DNA of 59,933 bases, counting the filler, from Dugesia japonica (Eukaryota): the NCBI GenBank assembly GCA_001938525.1. It is 6 parts of 6 records of this genome, joined end to end, with 100 filler letters (N's around TTAATTAATTAA, not from the genome) between each part and the next. Parts side by side here need not be neighbours in the genome. Positions count along the whole stretch, not along the records: positions 1 to 9,787 come from MQRL01596787.1; positions 9,888 to 19,496 come from MQRL01558557.1; 4 more parts are not named here. One strand, 5' to 3'. Below the pieces are notes generated by a model. That model was not told the origin of the DNA, did no database searches, and saw only the letters and a program-made list of their open reading frames with translations. How positions within the stretch are numbered: the first letter of the stretch is position 1; each line of letters starts with the position of its first letter. The translations under genes were made by a program, and so were the position numbers. Positions 1 through 12,373 of the stretch are shown piece by piece.

Positions 1-79
1 AAAATATTTAGTCACTAAATCTAGTTACTAATTATACTGCATTTATATACATAGTCATTTAATATGTTTAATTTTAACA

Positions 80-250
80 CAATTTGTCACATTTGACCGA
101 ATTTTGCCATATCTTTAGTCATTTATCAACATTTACCCGTATTTAGCCATATTTAGCTATAATTCCCTTTATTTTCCACCATTTCCCGCCATCTACTATT
201 ATTTACCTATATTTAGTTATATTTAAACTATTTAGCCATATTGTATCTAT
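80..250. repeat. Degenerate ~10-bp period tandem repeat (ATTTAGCCAT-like)
   Basis: Successive 10-mers atttacccgt/atttagccat/atttagctat/attttccacc/atttcccgcc/atttacctat/atttagttat. Confidence 0.7.
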
Positions 251-1019
251 TTTTAATTGGGTTTTTTTGCATATTTTCACTTCATATTTTCAAAGACCTC
301 ACTTCAATAATCTTAAAAGACTGTCATATAGTGAGAAACAAAGACATGCAGACTGAGTGATAGTGAGTAAGAGTTGATATGACATGGTTTTTATTTAAAA
401 TAATTTAACTATTTCAGTATATTTTAATCATCTGATTATCCTTCTTCTTCTTTGCTTGCAACTTGGCAACCCCGCTTGCTCTTTGGTTTTATGGGATTAT
501 TTTTCCTTTTGATAGCCAATNNNNNNNNNNNNNNNNNNNNNNNNNNNNNNNNNNNNNNNNNNNNNNNNNNNNNNNNNNNNAAATATTGATCTCAACATTG
601 AAAATATTAGTTCGAATAGATAAAGTTATGGTTTCATCATTGAAAATATGTGGTTTATCATGAAAATATGAGATTTATAATGAAATACTGGTTTCAATTT
701 GAAAAATATAGGATTTCATAATTAAATATAAGACCATTAAACCAAATACATTTAGTAAACCAATTGTTGAAAGTAGTCTCGCTACATTATAATTTATTAT
801 TATTTAGAACAGCATATTGACAAACAAGTCATACCTATTCAATTATTTCTTATTCAAATGAGGTTTCACTTCATTCTTAGTAAGTTTCTTTGTTTTAAGT
901 TAGAGAAATGAATAAGAGTGAGACGGATCAAGTGAGAAAGTGTAAGTGCGAGAGGCCAAGAATGAGAAGGTAAGAAATAGCGAGATAGTATTATCTAATT
1001 TTCTTGAAGTCGTGAAATT

Positions 1020-1410
1020 TAATCTGAAATTTACATGAACTTTTTTCAATTCGATGAAATATTACACAATCTTTTTTATCATCACTAAAAAATGACAGGA
1101 ACTTTCAAAAATGGTTTAAATTTACTAGAACTTTTCTAAAGCTGGTTAAAATTTCTACAATATTTTTAATCATCTTGAAAAATTACACAAACTTTTAAAA
1201 TTTCAAAATTTCTGTGTAAAAGAATGGGAAAATATTTAAAAAATTTACTAGAACTTTTTTGAAATCATTAAAAAATGACAGGAACTTTCCTAATTGCATT
1301 GAAAATTTACAGGAACTTTCCTAAAACTGGTTAAAATTTCCGCAATCTTTTTTAATCACAGTTGAAAATTTACAGGAAGTTTTTGTTTTCTGTTGAAAAT
1401 TTCCGTAATC
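1020..1410. repeat. Degenerate ~32-bp minisatellite (TGAAAATTTACAGGAACTTTCC core)
   Basis: Recurrent aaaatttacaggaacttt / aaaatgacaggaacttt / aaatttactagaacttt at about 30-33 bp spacing. Confidence 0.75.
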
Positions 1411-1499
1411 ATTTCTGTAATAGTGATTCTAATACTGTCAATATTCTTGCCTTAATAATTCATTCATATAATTACATAGTAAATCATCTTGATTTTAAA

Positions 1500-1680
1500 T
1501 GTTAATATTCTCGGGTAGAGTATCTAAACATACACAATTCTTACTACCAATACATACACATCTCTCGATATCATCGAATATTACCATACATAATGCTCGC
1601 TATCAACAAGTATTAACCTATAAAATACTCGCTATCATTAAGTCTTAACATACACAATATTCGTTATCATCATTTACCTA
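1500..1680. repeat. Degenerate ~33-bp minisatellite (ctcgctatcatcaagtattaacatacac)
   Basis: ctcgatatcatcgaatattaccatac / ctcgctatcaacaagtattaacctata / ctcgctatcattaagtcttaacatac in tandem. Confidence 0.7.
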
Positions 1681-2041
1681 TTGATTATTCAGNTAAGGGT
1701 TTGNTCTGTTCATCGCTAATTTCATNTAGNCAACTCTATAATTCACACTGAATATATACTTTAGAACCATTAGCCGGTTAATTATTCACATAGTTTCACC
1801 TTAATATTGAAATTTCCTTTGAAAATAGATTTCTAATATGTTTATTCACCTATTAATCATCAACTTGTTATAAAAATTTATTCTTTCATTTATTAAAATT
1901 CATTCATTCAATAAAGATTTAGAAAGAGCATTTTAATGTAATTGATTACATAACCAGAACTTTCAATATATAAGCATTTTTTTTTAAAAATAAAAAAAAG
2001 AATAAATATTGTTTTAATAATTTTAAAAAAGGCTTAAATTA

Positions 2042-2086
2042 TTGTATCTGAAGATGGCATATTTTCTGTAGAAATATGTAATACAA
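2042..2086 (+). ncRNA. Minimal type I hammerhead ribozyme motif (Penelope-like pLTR type), stem II degenerate
   Basis: TTGTAT-CTGAAGA-T-GGCA..TGTA-GAAA-TATG-TA-ATACAA: perfect 6-bp stem I (TTGTAT/ATACAA), catalytic core boxes, near-palindromic short stem III, GUA cleavage triplet. Confidence 0.65.
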
Positions 2087-2161
2087 AATATATATATTTA
2101 AATGACGTCTCAGAGGTTTTATCAAAAAATTTTTTATTTAATTAATTAATTAATAATATTA

Positions 2162-2206
<45 letters not shown>

Positions 2207-2713
2207 NNNNNNNNNNNNNNNNNNNNNNNNNNNNNNNNNNNNNNNNNNNNNNNNNNTAATAATAATAATATAATAACATAATAATAATCTAATAATACGA
2301 TAATAATTATAAATAAATAAATTTTTAATTTAAACATGTTTTAAATTCTTAATTAACTGATAATAAATTGTAATAATTTATTAGATTCTAATCATTAGGG
2401 ATATTTTTGAGTTGTATACCAATTGATTAATTATAAACCAAATATTTTAATAAGAGAGATGGAAATTCAGATAACAATTATTTTCGAAATAAAATTGAAT
2501 TTCTTAAAATTTAAAAATAATTTGTTTTGTGGAAAAAAATCAAAAATATTTTTAATCGTTATAAATATAAATTTTGTTGAGAAAACATCTAATTATGTAC
2601 AAATAGACTTGATAATCTTGGATTTAGCGATTTCGTAGACGTATTGACTGACTATTATTAATTATAATATTTCAAAATCGAAATTGACGTAAAATTTTGC
2701 ATATTGAAAATCA

Positions 2714-2887
2714 ATAGATTTTCAAATCGGGTGTAATGAATGTGATGACACTTATATTGGAAAGACTGTCCGTACAAGTGTTCAAGAACACAATAGTATT
2801 CTTAGTGGTACTATTACTGCTGAGCATAAAAATAAAAATAAATGTAATGCAAATATTGGCATTTCGGAATTTAGAATTTTGTCTAAA
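2714..2887 (+). pseudogene. GIY-YIG endonuclease remnant of a Penelope-like retroelement
   Basis: Manual translation IDFQIGCNECDDTYIGKTVRTSVQEHNSILSGTITAEH...FRILSK matches the CxxC-YIGxTxR-EH pattern of PLE GIY-YIG domains. Confidence 0.75.
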
Positions 2888-2894
2888 CGATTTA

Positions 2895-3055
2895 AAAATT
2901 TCATTAAATTAAAAGCTTCGATCAAAATATTGTTTTTCTTTTTTATATTTATTATTTTAGTTCTTTATAGTGTTTTAATATTATCACTAACTAAAATTAT
3001 AAATATAAAAAAGAAAAATATTTTGATGGAAGCTTTTAATTAAATGAAATTTCAA
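2895..3055. repeat. Fold-back (inverted) copy pair of the AAGCTTCGATC repeat family
   Basis: ttcattaaattaaaagcttcgatcaaaatatt ... aatattttgatggaagcttttaattaaatgaa are reverse complements. Confidence 0.75.
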
Positions 3056-3248
3056 ATACGATCAATGCAGTGCCGGATTTAGATGACAAGAGGCCCTAGG
3101 TTATTTTACTTCTGAGGTCACTTCACAGAGCTGGGTCTCTATAGATTCTACCCCTCTAAATCCCATTTTTTAAAACATGAAAAATTATAATAAAACATGT
3201 CAATACTATAATATGGCAAACTTTTTTTGTGATTACTATAATTTATAT

Positions 3249-3710
3249 CAGGGGTATCAAACTTGCGGCTCTCAACGAACATTTTTGCGGCCAGGCCAAT
3301 ATATCAACACACTATAATATATAAGAGAATAAAAATAAGATAAGTAGAATTCGCTTAACATTTTCTTAATTATACTCTTTTTTTTTGGCTATTATTAAAC
3401 AAAATCCTTACATTTATTTTGAATATACCACCATTAGGTAACTACGGTAGTTAAGCATGAAAATATCTAAAATATGTCAAATTGAGATTACTGATTTTTT
3501 GACAGATGAAAAATGTTGAAATAATTAAAAAAAAAATACAAACAAATGCTTTAAAAAATGTTGATTAAATGTCCAACTGATAAATAATTAACAGTAATTT
3601 GTTGTTGAACGAAAAGCTGAAAATATAGATTATTATTACAGTATTATTGCGGCCCTCTGGCTAACTAATTTGGTCCAGCAGTGACCTGTAAAAATTGGCA
3701 CAACTACTTA
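3249..3710. mobile_element. Non-autonomous hAT-type MITE nested in the larger hAT
   Basis: Starts CAGGGGTATCAAACTTGCGGCTC, with GCGGCC subterminal motifs at both ends; the right TIR is degenerate. Confidence 0.45.
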
Positions 3711-3719
3711 TTAAAATAT

Positions 3720-5476
3720 TGGAGCATTGAAGAATTATATTTAATCTGTGAAAATGTTCCAGTATTCGGTTCCAAAAATGAAACATTTAAACGAACTCAA
3801 ATTCTTCCATCTTCTTAAAATATTCTTGGTTCTCAATTTTGCATCTTACCTGATTGATCTTCTGATGCATCATCTGATTGTAAATTATTGAGTGCATCGC
3901 AATATCACCATAGTTCGCTAGAATAAATTATTTTGAGTGTGTCTCCCACCTAGTTTCTGATAAATATTTTGGTAAGTTAGAATTAGGTTTAAAATATAAT
4001 TTCAGAACTCCCCTTATTTTTGTAGAAGACGAAAAAAATTACAAACATCATTCACAACATTAAAAAAATTAACTGCTTCAGGTAATAATCAACCGCATAA
4101 TGACATACTAAATTTAAAGAGTGACAAGCGCATAGAATAAATCTTGCAAATTGGTTTTTTTCGATAATGTTTTGCTGTATAGCACTATGCCTTGCCACCA
4201 TTTTGGCTGCATTATCACAAGACTGCCCCAGCATATTCTAAATCAATTTGAAACTTAATAGTTATATAATTAAATACTAAATCAGACATGCTTTCCCTTG
4301 AGTAATCTTTTAGTAATAAAAGTAAGAAATCTCTCAGTTGGCAAACTGCCTTCAAGTGATAAATATCTGACAATCAAAGCCAACTGATCATTATGTGAAA
4401 TATTAGGAGTGGAATCTTACTAAAAGCTCAAATATCCAGTCTTTTTCACTTCCTCTACAATCATGCCTTTTACTTTATTTACCATGAGTTGAATAATTTC
4501 CTTATATAATTTTAAACAGATATGGAGCCAGAATTACCATTTCCAAAATTTTATCGAATTATGTCACTAGTTTTAAAAGACCAAGGTAATTGCCTTTATT
4601 TGGTGTTTCAACATGTTCTTTGTCTCTTCTAAATGGTAAGCCTCACTCTGCAAGAGTGCAAATTACAGCGAGAACTCTCTCTTTAACACAAAGCTAATGT
4701 TGACGCACTGTTCTTATTTGTTCCTCTAACTTTGAAGTTAAAGTTTTATTTTCTCCTGTTAACATAGAATTCTTATTGTTTTCTGAATTTTCATGACTTT
4801 GAATGATACCAGGATATTTCTAATCATTATACCCTACAAAACGTAACACTGTTACATAAGATGCAATGTTGAGAAAGAGTTTACAAACTATGTAAAAACC
4901 TAGGCCTTTTGAAGGAGAATATGAAAGCCATTCTAGAGTATATTTTTCTCCATTGGCTTTTGTTGAATTAAAAATAGCTTACAAACAAAACCTGGACTGA
5001 TTCGCATATATTTGTTTGGAATTTAAAAATGGTCACAATAATTCTGAACTCAACAGGTAACCTTCTTTATCCAATATATTACATCATTTTGTGATAAATC
5101 TGCCCACAAGCTAACGCCTGTTAAAGAAGATATATATTTGCCATCATTATATGAATTTTCAATATCTTGAATTTGGTATTTCTGTAGGTATCTGTCGAAA
5201 AATCTGAAGATCCGTAAAATTTTTCGTCGCCTGTTTGTATCTTTGCGTTCAGTGATTGACTCTTGATGTTGTTCTATATTTTCATCTTGAATTGGTGCAA
5301 CGACTGTTTCTTCACATATAGCTGACTATATCACTTCAGTAAGGTTTTTGTTCGTTTGAATGATATTATTTAGAACATTCAAAAGAGCATTGATTGGTGT
5401 CATTTTCTTTACATCATACTCTTCAAATCTCTTTCTTTTGAACTTACAAGCGCCACTTTCAAATATTTTACTCATT
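3720..5476 (-). pseudogene. hAT transposase pseudogene (Tip100/ZMYM1-like)
   Basis: ORF 4052-4234 GQSCDNAAKM...FILCACHSLNLV matches GQxYDNAxNMSG...CxAHSLNL; many stops and frameshifts; N-terminus near 5476 resembles MSK..SGA.K.KRKR. Confidence 0.85.
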
Positions 5477-5499
5477 CTTAGATAAGAATCTAAAATTAA

Positions 5500-5715
5500 A
5501 TTTTACAATTGCAATTATTGCGAGAATAATTGTTGGATGTAACCATTGATAGTTATTCGGAATTCATTAAAATAAAAGCTCTAATAAAATTTCATTTGTT
5601 TTTGATAATATATCAAATTTTAGACTTAGTCTTCGTCAGGAATTGACTTTTTTGATTTATTCAAGATTTATGTTTACAATGGAATTATTTTTTTAAATTA
5701 ATTTAATTTATTCAA
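5500..5715 (-). repeat. Copy of the hammerhead-bearing short repeat family
   Basis: Similar to 44500-44832; minus strand reads gtcaattc-CTGACGA-A-GAC-TAA-GTC-TAAA (G of GAAA mutated). Confidence 0.65.
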
Positions 5716-7375
5716 TTTTAATTGGTTAATTTTTATTTTATTTATTTTAATTATTTAAATATTATAAATTATAGAATCATCTCCTTTAATTAGTAATTCT
5801 TTATGTTTGTTTCCTATGACGTGTAGAAATTTAGCTTGTTNNNNNNNNNNNNNNNNNNNNNNNNNNNNNNNNNNNNNNNNNNNNTTTATGTTTGTGTTGA
5901 AAGTGTTTGAAGATTTCACTTTCTTTTTGTTTGAGATGTTCAAAATTAAATTTTTGAATTATTTTTCGTAAATAAAAGTAAGTTTTAAATATAAAAAAAT
6001 TTTGAAATAAAAAAAAGTTTAAAAAAATACACGTTTTTTTCTCTGCTGTTTTATAATTTGTTTATACTTTAAAAATGTAGTGTTCTAGTAAAACCAAAAC
6101 TAATGTAGCGAAGACTTCTTTTCAAATATACTACGAAAACCAATTGATTTTTAAATGATAAATTGAAGTTCTTTTTCGGTGATAGCGTGTCCCTTATAAG
6201 AAGTTATTGTTTAAAATCAAGGTCAATAAAATAATATCTGAATATCAAATACAATTTAATATTATAATATCTTTAATTCAGTAATGAAACTAAATTTTTA
6301 TTTTTCTATCAAAATTTATATAAAATATTATTTTTCTCCTAGAAAATATTGCTATTTCGAATAATCAATTATGTATATCGTACGAAAGTATAATACTAAA
6401 GTACGTAATAAACATTTTAAAATATGCGAAATAAATAATATGTAAAGAACTTATCTAGAATTCCTAGAAATGAAGAATTTATCACAAAAATATGTTTTTA
6501 CAATAGTTTATAAAACATTTAATAGTTCACAAATATCACGAAAGTAACTAAATAACCAAACTCGTCTTCTCGAAAGCTAAGAAATGATCGTGAGTGTATT
6601 CCTGAAAAATAAAAGATCTTTTCTTTTAATACGTGTTTCATATTTACAACGGTTCATTAGAAAAAGTTCGGGTTTCGTATAGCAGTTTATGGCAATTCCT
6701 TATTGTACATAAATAAATAACTCTCGTCGGTATCGAGTCGGTATATCTACTTTTTTCCCAAGAAAGATATAATAATAAAGTGTGCAAAAATAACAACACG
6801 TTTCGTTAGTTTAAGTCAGTTAAAAAGTTCAAATTTTAAATTTATGCATATTCTTGAACGTAAAATTTCATTATTAATTTATAACACTTCGAATGGAGGC
6901 CCCAATATAACTCGAGGCCATAGGCTTAAGCATATTTAGACTATAGATAAATCTGGCAATGGATAAATGGTTAAGTTCAACTATTATTCTCGGAATAATT
7001 GCAATTGTAAAATTAAAAAATCATTTGTAGAGTGTTGTATGAAGCGTTAATGATTAAATTTAGTGATCCAAGCATTAATGTACACACAACTCTTTTGACT
7101 AAATCAATGAAATTTTTTTGGATTGAAATTTATGTTTTTGTTATAGGTTTATAATTTTCTTAAATTTCGGAAAAATTTTAAAAATTTGATTTTTTATTAT
7201 AGATTTTAAAATTTGAATATATGGTTTAATTTTAGAAATATTAAATTTGAAAAAATATTTCAAAAAAGTTTTATAAAATTTTTAATTTATATTATAGCAA
7301 TCTAATATTCAGTATAATTGCTGAAATCTTTGTTTGAATAATACAGACTGACAAATCTCATATTTTTCATTTTGT

Positions 7376-7408
7376 CTGATGATGACTGTTGATCAGTCGA
7401 AATATATC
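7376..7408 (+). ncRNA. Hammerhead core motif (Penelope-like remnant), stem I not evident
   Basis: CTGATGA-T-GACTG-TTGAT-CAGTC-GAAA-TATA-TC: perfect 5-bp stem II and palindromic ATATAT stem III, but no good stem I pairing. Confidence 0.45.
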
Positions 7409-7974
7409 TTCAATCAAATTGTATTTAAAATGACGTTATTTTTTAATTCGTATTTATTCACTAAAATTATACAGTCGGTGTTGGTAAAATTAAAGAACAA
7501 CTAAATAGAAAATTAATATAAATGAGAATAATTAATTATGAAACTAAATTTTTATATTTTTTTTGATAAATTTTGACAAATCTGCCAGTAGAAATTCAGT
7601 ATTGTATTTAAAAATTGGAAAACATCGGTATATTTAAAACCAAGCTACAAAAGTGTGAAATTTTTGGGTTTCCTGTAATCTATCAATACAATCTTTATTT
7701 AAAACTATTCATAATCTCATAATTTAAACTATCACGAAAATTGAGTCGGCATTTGTAAAAATGAAAAAATTTTCAAAGGTAATTTTCAAGTCCTAATTAA
7801 TTATTTGGAATTGATTTTTGTTTTAATAAACTGAATATAAATTATAAATTATCATTGGTTATAAATTTATAAAAATACGGTGAATTTAATTTGTTTGACA
7901 AAGAAATTTAAACCTGTCTTTTTTTTGATTAATAATTTTAGATATTTCCAAAAATTCTACATAAAAACTAAAAT

Positions 7975-8970
7975 AATTCCAAGAGGCCACATTTTATAAA
8001 ATCGTTCGAAAAGTATCATAAAAATATTCACATAATTCCAAAAATGCCACATAATTTATCGTAATAAATAAAATATTTTTATTAATTAATAAATAATTTG
8101 ACAAGATCTTCTATTAATTACATTTTGTTAATAATGCTCGGATTTAATTGCAAATTTTGTGGACTTCACTGAACTCTGGATTCTTTTATTCTTTTATCTG
8201 CAGCGGTGAGTTTATTTTAAGAGTTTCAGTGTTTCGGTTTCTCCAAGAGTTGAAATATTAAACAAATATAAAGAATCCTGATAAATTTGCTAAATAAATT
8301 TGATAAGAGTGGAATTGTTCGCAACTATCACACTATGCGTTTTTTCAATCTATTTAAAATGATAAGCAATCAAATCAAATAAAACAGTCAATCAATTTAA
8401 AAAAGTACACATTCATTTTAAAATAAAAATAGCAAATTTATAATTTAAAGTATTATACATTGAAATTAATAATCATCAATGATTAATTACAATGATCGGT
8501 TTTTTAATTTAGCATTAGTTTTCATAATAGTATCTGAAGATGAAGAAACTTCAATTAAATTGGTGGAGATTTCAATTACTTCGGATGACACTTCAATTAA
8601 TCCAGATCACAGTGAAGTTTAGAAGTTAAACGTAGTTCTAAAAGATGTATATATAATAAGGTTAACGAAGTTACCAAAATTTGTTATAGAAACCGCAGCA
8701 AATGGTGGTGATTGTGAGTCTATGTAAAATGTCCTCACCACGTAGATGGGTTTTTACTGGTAATTTAGATAACAAAGCTCGAGATGGTAAAAAAGAGGAA
8801 AGAGTAAGAATTTCTATTGAACACACCAACTACTTGGTGACCTACATTGAAGATTTCCATAATTTATAATGTCTGTTGGCTTTAACATTAATGATTTCGT
8901 TCATTGATAGCAAATTTATAATTTCTTTCCGAATGCATGATCATATAATAATAGTATAATAATAATAATG

Positions 8971-9012
<42 letters not shown>

Positions 9013-9079
9013 GTAATAATAATAATAATNNNNNNNNNNNNNNNNNNNNNNNNNNNNNNNNNNNNNNNNNNNNNNNNNN

Positions 9080-9147
<68 letters not shown>

Positions 9148-9298
9148 TTATATGTAAATATGTATGTATTTTTTTAAAATAAATTGTATAAGTGAATTTT
9201 AAATAATAAAAAATTAAAACATTTCTTTAATTGCGGCTCTCGAAATTCTGTGTTTAGGATTTTCAGTTCTCATCGGCAAAAGTTCTGGCCACTCCTGA
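7975..9298 (+). mobile_element. Internally deleted hAT (Charlie-like) remnant
   Basis: Right end aaagttctggccactcctg preceded by gcggctc; fragment PDKFAK..LFATITLC near 8280-8345 resembles the hAT dimerization domain. Left boundary is approximate. Confidence 0.35.
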
Positions 9299-9787
9299 TA
9301 TATAATATTGATTAATAGATAACTAATAAATTATATTGATATTTAAACGGATATTTTAAAAATTACAAGACAAATTGATGTGATAACAATTTATCTATTT
9401 TTTTTGTTTCGAAAAACATTATAAATATTCAATAAATTAAAAAAAATGTACATTGCAAATGAATCATACTGATAATTATGTTGATACCTAATAATTTAAT
9501 CACATTTAAATTTCTTTGTCTCCCCATATTTAAAGTTGTTTTCTCTACATTTTTTCAGCATTTGAAACAGTTCTGTCAGATTTCATAATTTATTTTTAAA
9601 TAATCGGAGATTTTTTTTTCGATTTTTCAAGTGTCACTTCAAATTTTATGGGTTTGTCTTTTTTAATAAATTGCATACTATTCTTAAAATAGATAAAACT
9701 AACAATTTTTCCCCTGAGTCTTACACGTTATTGTTATTAGTGTAATTATTATTATTACTATTATTATTATTATTATTATTATTATTA

Positions 9788-9887
9788 NNNNNNNNNNNNN
9801 NNNNNNNNNNNNNNNNNNNNNNNNNNNNNNNTTAATTAATTAANNNNNNNNNNNNNNNNNNNNNNNNNNNNNNNNNNNNNNNNNNNN
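9788..9887. other. Artificial contig spacer (44N + TTAATTAATTAA + 44N)
   Basis: Exact 100-bp structure carrying stop codons in all six frames; occurs five times in the window. Confidence 0.95.
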
Positions 9888-10215
9888 AATAATATTGTTG
9901 TATATGATATGACACGGATTTAAAAGTTTTAATTAGTTTCGGGAAGTCAATTTGAGAGATATCTATTGGTAAATTTTCAATTAACCGCAAGAATTTGGCT
10001 GAATCTGAAATTATAATAGAAATTTCAAAATTACTTATCCAATTTGAGTAAACCACATTGTTGAGATTAGTTTAACGTGACGACTGAGATTTGGAATAAA
10101 TCTTATCTGTAATATTTAGCAATATATTTTATTACAAACAATTTCTTGGAAATTGTAAACAAAAGTCAGTGAAAGATGACTAAACTAATTACAATCCATT
10201 CAGATTTTTTATGTA

Positions 10216-11090
10216 AGTAGGTAGATAGTGGTACACTAGCACAATTTCATTTTCTTACTCTCCGTAGGGGGTCGATAACTGATTAGGATTGTGCTAGTTT
10301 TTTCTAAGATTTTTGGGATCAAAATAATTTTGATTGGATGATTTTTTTTATCTGGATCGTAAATTTTTCATCTTGGAGGTGTGTGTGTAATTTTAATTTT
10401 TAAAATATGTGTGTGTTTGGAAGATTGAGGTGGTTAATTTGAAGTGTGTTAGATGAATGTGGTGTGTGTGTAAATGTGTAAGTGTAATCGATTGTGTTTT
10501 GTAGTTATTGATTTTCAATTTTTGTTGGTTTTATGACATGGGTGTGTTGCAAATAAAAGACTGTATATACATTGCCTAAAGGATTTATGTGGTAGTATAG
10601 ATGGTTTGGTATACAAGGAATAGTGGCGCACTGACACAATCACATGAGTTATCACGTGTCGATTTTTGAACCTTAATAAGTTTGTTGGTAGATGATGGCT
10701 TTAGTGGGTGATGGTTTGTTAAAAAGGTAATGTGATGGGAAATATGGTGATGGTTGAGTGTGCTAGAAGTGCTAATTTTTTGTGTTAAATTTGATTGGTT
10801 AATGTTTGTTAGTAGTATAAAGTGATTAAAAAAAACTTTCCTCCGTGGAAAAGGTATGTAGGTTGAATGGGAATTAATTATCTGTGATAATAAGATTTAA
10901 ATTAAAATTTTCTGTGAAGTGATTGTGACGTAATAACTTTTTGAAAATAAGTTTTGTTTAAAAAAAAAATAAGGAATTAATTGAAAATATTGGTTTATGA
11001 AAAATAGATGTATCGTTTTAGCAGACTTCATATTTATTTATGAGATGGAACAATCATGATATTGTAAGGGATGTTTCGGACAGTCATAAA
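10216..11090 (+). repeat. Left terminal inverted repeat of the Polinton
   Basis: gataactgattaggattgtgctag, gggtgtgttgcaaataaaa, cattgcctaaagga, agtataaagtgattaaaaaaaa and aatattggtttatgaaaaatagatgta all recur as reverse complements in 18325-19330. Confidence 0.88.
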
Positions 11091-11220
11091 TTCCCAGGCA
11101 CGTTTCGCTGTGTTGCAACCCAATTGTATGCCTATTTCATTTATTAAAATTCCCAGGCCCGTGATGCTATGTTTCATCCCTGTTGCATCCCTATTGCATA
11201 CATATTGCATTTATTAATAA
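11088..11220. repeat. Two-copy ~60-bp direct repeat just inside the left TIR
   Basis: aaattcccaggcacgt...catttattaa and aaattcccaggcccgt...catttattaa. Confidence 0.6.
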
Positions 11221-12373
11221 AACACTATTTACAGTAAGAAGCATTTATAAGTATAACAACAACTATTTTTCTTTTCTTATTCTTCTTTAATTTATTTTTC
11301 CTTTAGATGAATTTCTACTGGTTCCAGTTATGGTTCTGTTCTTTCTACAAACAATAATATTATAGACACATACACAAAAAGTATATAAATAGAAGTTCTT
11401 TTAAATATTTCATTATTTTCAAAATGGTAGATATTCACAATTCATCAAACAAGCAATATGAAATGCTCATGCAGATAGAAATATGCAACAAAGATAATCA
11501 AGATTCTACACCCAATGAAAGATACAAAGTTTTATCAATCATCAATCATCAGTACACAAGACTATATGCATACTTTAAATATGTATATAGTTTATCCATT
11601 ACATTTGGTAAGCAAAGACAATGTCGAGTAGATAAGAAGGAAAATAGCGGCAAAATATTTTTTATTTATGTAAACATATTAATTATTTGTTTAGATCCAG
11701 TGTGCAATGTCAAACAATCACATCAACACCTTTAATATTAAGAAATATTGGTTGTGAAAGACTTTATTTTACTGTTTATTGTTAAATGTTGTAAAGATGT
11801 TGTACTTTTATGTGTAATAATGTCATGTAATAAATCTTATTTAATCAAACTGTTTTTTATTTTATTTTAAACATATAATTTTTTAATTGAACATATAATT
11901 AATTCATAAATTATTTTTAATTACTTTCTTCAATTGTTGATAATATTTTAAGTTCTGCAAAAAAATTATTTTTATCAATATTTTCCAACATTCGTTCTAT
12001 AATAAGATCCAAATTCATTGTTAATAAAACATTTAATTTAATTTTGTTTATAATTAACATGTAAATGGATGCTCGCGTCATGCACAATGCATCTGTCGTC
12101 ATGCACAATACATTTTTGCGTTTTGTTCATAAAACAACTTAATAAATGAATAAATAATAACAAATTTTATTCAAATTTTATTCACATTTCACAATTTTCA
12201 TACTGAAAAGAACCGGTTATACGTTCACAATGTTTTTTTTTATTTTTTTCTTTTTTTCGTTATAGTCTAAATATAAATAATTAAAATAACATTTATAAAC
12301 AAATAAATAAATAAATACTTTTGTTTAAGGTTTTTTTCTTGATCAGGTTGGATTTAATTGATGGAAAAAATTA

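Larger units (their letters stand above)
3068..6961 (-). mobile_element. hAT DNA transposon (Tip100/ZMYM1-like), full-length outline, decayed
   Basis: TIRs CAGTGCCGGATTTA (3068-3081) and TAAATCTGGCAATG (6948-6961); 8-bp TSD GATCAATG (3060-3067) / GATAAATG (6962-6969); GAGGCC subterminal motifs at both ends. Confidence 0.85.

Noticed and set aside
8968-9177. Poly-Ile ORFs (also 2146-2337, 19549-19731, end of 43805-44035)
   Set aside because: Translations of (AAT)n microsatellites and N gaps.
9832-9843. Regularly spaced TTAATTAATTAA as a biological repeat or CRISPR-like array
   Set aside because: Always embedded in exactly 44 N on each side, so artificial; no spacer-repeat array or cas genes in this eukaryotic DNA.
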